Assembly (NCBI RefSeq): GCF_001194135.2
Contig: NC_069003.1
Location: 5,520,920 to 5,580,321 of the forward strand
DNA length: 59,402 nucleotides
Source: Octopus bimaculoides
Lineage: Eukaryota
Direction: 5' to 3'
Shown here piece by piece: positions 53,911 through 59,402 of this stretch. The notes beneath the pieces were generated by a model that searched no databases, had not been told where the DNA came from, and worked only from the letters and a program-made list of their open reading frames with translations. Both the position numbers and the translations under genes were made by a program. How positions within the stretch are numbered: the first letter of the stretch is position 1; each line of letters begins with the position of its first letter.

Positions 53911-54391
53911 TAATAATAATAATAATGAAAACAAAGCAAAAGAACAATAATTTCAAATTTAATAAGGAATTCCAATGAGATTTTTGTACAAATTAAATTC
54001 TCTTGATGATGTTTCAATTTTTAATGTACCAAATGAAATATGAAAAACAAATGAAAAAAAATTTTTTTTTTTAAATTCATAATGTTATTTAAAAAAACAA
54101 CAAAAAAAAAAAACAACACAACATCATACCTGTTACATATTTCGATTATTTCCAAAATATTCATGTTAATTTATAATAACAATTTATTTCGTTAATGTTC
54201 GAGTGAGTGAAATCATAGACTTTGAATCAGTTTTAAGAATTATGTCATCAGCATAACTTGATTTGCTGTTAAGAACAGTCAAATATGTTGTAATGATCGA
54301 TGGGTTTTTCTTTTCTTTTTTTTGGTATTTTTTTTTTCTTTGTGTGTATGCACAACATGCAAATAAACAGATTGCTGCTGTTTATGCCTTA

Positions 54392-54430
<39 letters not shown>

Positions 54431-54954
54431 TTTGTTTCATTTTGGGCAGAATAGTCTTCATGTCATTTACGAATAATTGTCTTTCTTCATTTGCTCTGTT
54501 TTTTTCCTTTCCTTTCGCTTTTATATTTTCACCTCCCTCTCCCTCTCTCTCTCTCTTCCTCCCTCTCGCTCTCCCTCCTCTCTCTCTCACTTGCTCGCTC
54601 TCCCCTCCCTCTATTCCTCCTCTCATTCTCTCTGCTCCTCTCTCTCCCTCTGTCTTAATCTGTCTGTCTCTCTCTCAACCTTTTTCTTGTTCTCTCTCCG
54701 TTCCTCCTCTCTTTCTCCTTCTCCTCTCCCTCTCCCCTCTCTCTTTCTTTCCTCTTTCCTCCCTTCTCCCTCTCTCCTCTTTACCTCCCTCCCTCCCTCT
54801 CTCTCTCCCTTGTCTATCTGTCTCTCTCCCTCTCTCCCCCTCCTCTAACTCTCTCCTTTCTCTCCCTGGCTCTTCCTTCATCCTCTCCCTCTTCTTCTTC
54901 CTCTCTCTCCCACTTTCTTTCTATTTCCCTCTCTCTACTCTGCCTGTCTATTTC

Positions 54955-55230
54955 TCTCTCTCTCTCTCTCCTCCTCTCTGTCCTTTTCTCTCCTCCTCTC
55001 TGTCCTTTTCTCTCCTCCTCTCTGTCCTTTTCTCTCCTCCTCTCTGTCCTTTTCTCTCCTCCTCTCTGTCCTTTTCTCTCCTCCTCTCTGTCCTTTTCTC
55101 TCCTCCTCTCTGTCCTTTTCTCTCCTCCTCTCTGTCCTTTTCTCTCCTCCTCTCTGTCTCTCTCTCTCCTCCTCTCTGTCCTTTTCTCTCCTCCTCTCCG
55201 TCTCTCTCTCCGACTCTCTGTCCTTTTCTC
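54955..55230. repeat. ~23-bp CT minisatellite (ctctcctcctctctgtccttttc)n inside a long polypyrimidine block (54530-55365)
   Basis: Directly visible. Confidence 0.9.
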
Positions 55231-55596
55231 TCCTCCTCTCTCTCCCTCTCTCTCCAACTGTCAGTCTCTACATCTTTCTCTCTCTTTCCTTTTCCAACTC
55301 TTCTCTCCTCCCCCTCCCTCTCTCTCTCTCCCTCTCTCTCTATCTCTCTCTTTCTTTCTCTCTACCCTGCATCATTAACATACTTCACATGATGATGTGC
55401 AAAGGAAGTCTAAATTATAATATTTGCAGTTTTGCTTTTTTATTTTAAATTTTATTTTTTCTTTCCCATTTTTAAAAAAAATAATTTTATATTTATTTAT
55501 TTATTTATTTATTCATCATTTTTTTTCTTCTTGTTTTATTCACTTTAGAACGAAACCTGTCATCATCATCATCATCATCCCTTCTGTGTTTCCAAG

Positions 55597-55640
55597 GAGA
55601 CCGCTACTATGATGAAACTGGGTTAAGGTGTCCTATCAAG
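55597..55640 (+). CDS. Candidate internal exon (-GDRYYDETGLRCPIK, phase 1 to 0); product unidentified
   Basis: ccttctgtgtttccaag| acceptor (alternative stronger acceptor ttttattcactttag| at 55548, same frame open); AAG|GTGAGC donor; only one frame open. Confidence 0.3.
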
Positions 55641-56259
55641 GTGAGCTGAGCGTCGTCCAGGTGAGAGCATTCATGCATTGCCATTGGTGTTTACTGAATA
55701 AGTCAGCAGGTACAGGGTACCGAGGAGGGGAGGGGGAGGGAGGGGAGAGGAGGACAGAACGAGAAAGGGAAGAGAAGAGGAGGGAGGATGAAGAGAAGAG
55801 GAGGAGGGGNNNNNNNNNNNNNNNNNNNNNNNNNNNNNNNNNNNNNNNNNNNNNNNNNNNNNNNNNNNNNNNNNNNNNNNNNNNNNNNNNNNNNNNNNNN
55901 NNNNNNNNNNNNNNNNNNNNNNNNNNNNNNNNNNNNNNNNNNNNNNNNNNNGGATAGAAGGAAGTAGAGAGAGAGGAAGGGGGGAGGGAGGAAGGGTGAA
56001 GAATGAGGAGGGGAGAAAGGAGGAGGAGGAGCAAGGGAATAAAAAAGGTGGAAGGAGAGAGGGGAAGAAGGAATGAAGGATAGAGGGGAGGAGGAGCAAG
56101 AGAGGGAAAGAGGGGGAGTGAGGGAGGAAGAAAAAGAGGCAGAGGGAAGAATAGGAGGGAGGAGGATGGTGGTGGCAGTGGTGGTGATGGGGGATGTTTG
56201 TAGAAGAAGAGAAAGGAAACACTGAGGATGTTTGTTGAAAGGTATTGGTTTCTCAACTG

Positions 56260-56929
56260 AAGTACCAAGACCCAGTGGCATAGCTTGGGTGTGAGCTACC
56301 CCAGGTATGTGTGGGTGTGTCCCCCACCACTGCTTGACAAGTGGTGTTGGTGTGTTTATGTCTCTGTTACTTAGCAGTTCAGCAAAAGGGTCCAATAGAA
56401 TAAGTACCAGGTTTTTAAAAAATAAATACTGGTGGTGGGGGGGTCGATTCATTCAACTAAAATTCTGTAAGGCTGTGTGCCCCAGCATGGCCACAGTCTA
56501 ATGACTGAAACAAGTAAAGGATATTCTTCACATCTTTTTGCAAGCTCTTCCATTTAAAATTCTAACTTTTAATCCCACCAAAATTTATCTAGGAAGGATT
56601 ATCTCTCCTTTATGAAAACTGGTCACCAGGGTGCACCATGTGTTTTCCTAAAAATAGATAATTATTCAACAGAAATTCATTGTTTTAATTTTTTAAATTC
56701 TTTTTTACTTGTTTCAGGCATTTGATTGCGACCATGCTGGAGCACCACCTTAAAGGGTTTTAGTCGTACAAATTGACCCCAGGACTTGTTCTTTGTAAGC
56801 CTTATTCTAGTAGTGTATTTTGCGGAACTGTTAGGTTACGAGGATGTAAACACTCCGACATTGGTTGTCAAGCAGTGATGGGGTACAAAGACAGATGCAA
56901 AGACACACACACACACACAGACAAACACA

Positions 56930-56966
<37 letters not shown>

Positions 56967-57745
56967 CAATAATAAATCTCTGAGCGAGATGTTAACAGTA
57001 GCAGCATGACATCGTGAAGTATATTTGCCACCTAAATGTGGCTGACTCAAATGGGATGATGCTACTATAGTTTATAGCCCCAGGAAGATATGTATATGTG
57101 TGTGTGTGTGTGTGTGTGTCTGTCTGTTTTTGTCCTCTCCACCATCGCTTAACAACTGATGTTGGTGTGTTTACATCCCTGTAACTTAGCGGTTTGGCAA
57201 AAAGAGACCGATAGAATAAGTACTAGGTTTACAAATAATAAGTCCTGGGGTCGATTTGCTTGACTAAAGGTTGTGCTCCAGCATGGCTGCAGTCAAGTGA
57301 CTGAAACAAATACAAGAAGAATAAAACTCACACACACACACACACACATACACACACGCATAGGTGCATGAGTGGTTGTGTGGTAAGAAGCTTGCATCCC
57401 AACTTCACTCTCCTGTGTTCTGTCCCACTGCGTGGCACCTTGGGCAAGTGTCTTCTACTATAGCCTCAGGCTGACCAAAGCCTTGCGAGTGAATTTGGTA
57501 GATGGAAACTGAAAGAAGCCTGTCATATATGTATATGTATACATTTATGTGAATGTGTCTTTGTGTCTTTGTTTGCCCCGCCACCGTCGCTTGACAACCG
57601 GTGTTGGTGTGATTACATCCCCATAACTTTGCAGCTCAGCAAAAAGAGACCGATAGAATAAGTACTAGGCTTACAAAGAATAAGTCATGGGGTCAATTTC
57701 TTTAAACTAAAACCCTTTCAGGCAGTGCTCCAGCATGGCCGCAGC
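56260..57745. mobile_element. Cluster of four SINE family A copies (+56260-56520, -56700-56930, +57100-57320, +57360-57745)
   Basis: Family A head, core and tail motifs in both orientations. Confidence 0.8.
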
Positions 57746-58227
57746 CATATATACATGTATATTTCTGTGTGCGTAAGACAACTCCATCCCATATTTTTAT
57801 GGGTATCTAAAGGTAATGTGTTCTTCCCTTTTCTTAACAGACTAGGGTGGATTTGAGGAAATTTTGGCTGCTATTTTTATTAAATAGAACAATTACATCA
57901 AGACTCCTTATTTGGCTCGTAAAGTGGTTGTGACTGTCATTGTTGTTACTGCTGCTGCTGCCACTGGTGTCATTTGTTGCTGTTGATGTTGTTGTTGTGA
58001 TGCTGCAACTGCTGTTGTGGCTGCTGCTGCTGCTGCTGTTGTTGTCATTACAGAAGTAAAACGTTAACCAAACCAAATTGCGATGATTTTCTGATTACAA
58101 AAAGACTTGGATTTATTTTCCTTCAGGCATTCTTTTACTTTCACTTTTAGCTTGCATAATCACATGTTCACACCTCTCTCTCTCCCTCCCTCTCTCTATT
58201 TCTCCCTCCCTCTCTCTATCTCTCCCC

Positions 58228-58271
<44 letters not shown>

Positions 58272-59341
58272 CTCGCTTTCTTCCTGTCTCACTTCCCTTG
58301 TATACGTCTGATTATGTATGTATGTATGTATATATATGTACGTGTATATGTATGTATAAACTTATGTAGTTGACATACAAACATGGTAAATTCATGAAAG
58401 TATATTCCTTCATGTATATACATATGCATGTATGTATATGCATGTGTGTATATGTATGTGTTTATGTATATGTGCATGTATGCATATGTCTTTGTATGTA
58501 TGCATGTCTGTATNNNNNNNNNNNNNNNNNNNNNNNNNNNNNNNNNNNNNNNNNNNNNNNNNNNNNNNNNNNNNNNNNNNNNNNNNNNNNNNNNNNNNNN
58601 NNNNNNNNNNNNNNNNNNNNNNNNNNNNNNNNNNNNNNNNNNNNNNNNNNNNNNNNNNNNNNNNNNNNNNNNNNNNNNNNNNNNNNNNNNNNNNNNNNNN
58701 NNNNNNNNNNNNNNNNNNNNNNNNNNNNNNNNNNNNNNNNNNNNNNNNNNNNNNNNNNNNNNNNNNNNNNNNNNNNNNNNNNNNNNNNNNNNNNNNNNNN
58801 NNNNNNNNNNNNNNNNNNNNNNNNNNNNNNNNNNNNNNNNNNNNNNNNNNNNNNNNNNNNNNNNNNNNNNNNNNNNNNNNNNNNNNNNNNNNNNNNNNNN
58901 NNNNNNNNNNNNNNNNNNNNNNNNNNNNNNNNNNNNNNNNNNNNNNNNNNNNNNNNNNNNNNNNTATATATATATATATATATACACATATATACGTACA
59001 TGCATACATATATATACATCTATATATATATATATATTTATACATACATATGTGTGTGTGTGTGTATTTATGGGTCTGTCAGCACATGTACCTCTGTGTG
59101 CATGTGCTGACAGAATGATGGAATGTCATGCACTGCACATTATATCAATTAGCAAAGCAACTACAACAACAACAACGACAACAACAACGACAACAGTAAC
59201 AAGACCTAATTTTACTAAGATCTCAGAGATAACAGACATTTGTCAGCATTGACTTTTCGGAAGACTTCTTGTTCTGCCATTCCAGTGCAACAACATTCCT
59301 CGAGTACATAGCAAAGCTATGCACAATGCATGTATATACAT

Positions 59342-59402
<61 letters not shown>

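Noticed and set aside
54442-55392. 316-aa ORF with repeated SPPLCPFLSSS
   Set aside because: Translation of a 23-bp CT minisatellite and polypyrimidine tract.

Overview
Eukaryotic, AT-rich, repeat-dominated draft-assembly sequence. It has 13 N-gaps totalling about 4.5 kb (e.g. 453-1096, 2312-3056, 14382-15320, 41070-41570, 58514-58964). The SINE, MITE and RTE families and the microsatellite load look like a coleoid cephalopod, most likely Octopus; this is recognition from memory, not a database search. No intact protein-coding gene can be supported, and almost all ORF-track entries are microsatellite or gap read-through. The recognisable coding sequence is decayed mobile elements: a mariner transposase, a pogo-like transposase, several RTE LINE pieces, two R4/Dong-like pieces, and a HERO/NeSL-like restriction-like endonuclease end. 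Non-coding repeats include three tRNA-derived SINE families, piggyBac-like and mariner MITEs, and a Helentron-associated element. Two weak exon candidates (9974-10038 and 55597-55640, + strand) suggest the window could be largely intron of one gene. The most unusual structure is five long inverted duplications of non-SINE sequence, at about 75-100% arm identity, plus a pre-miRNA-sized hairpin. I found no convincing novel multi-gene system.
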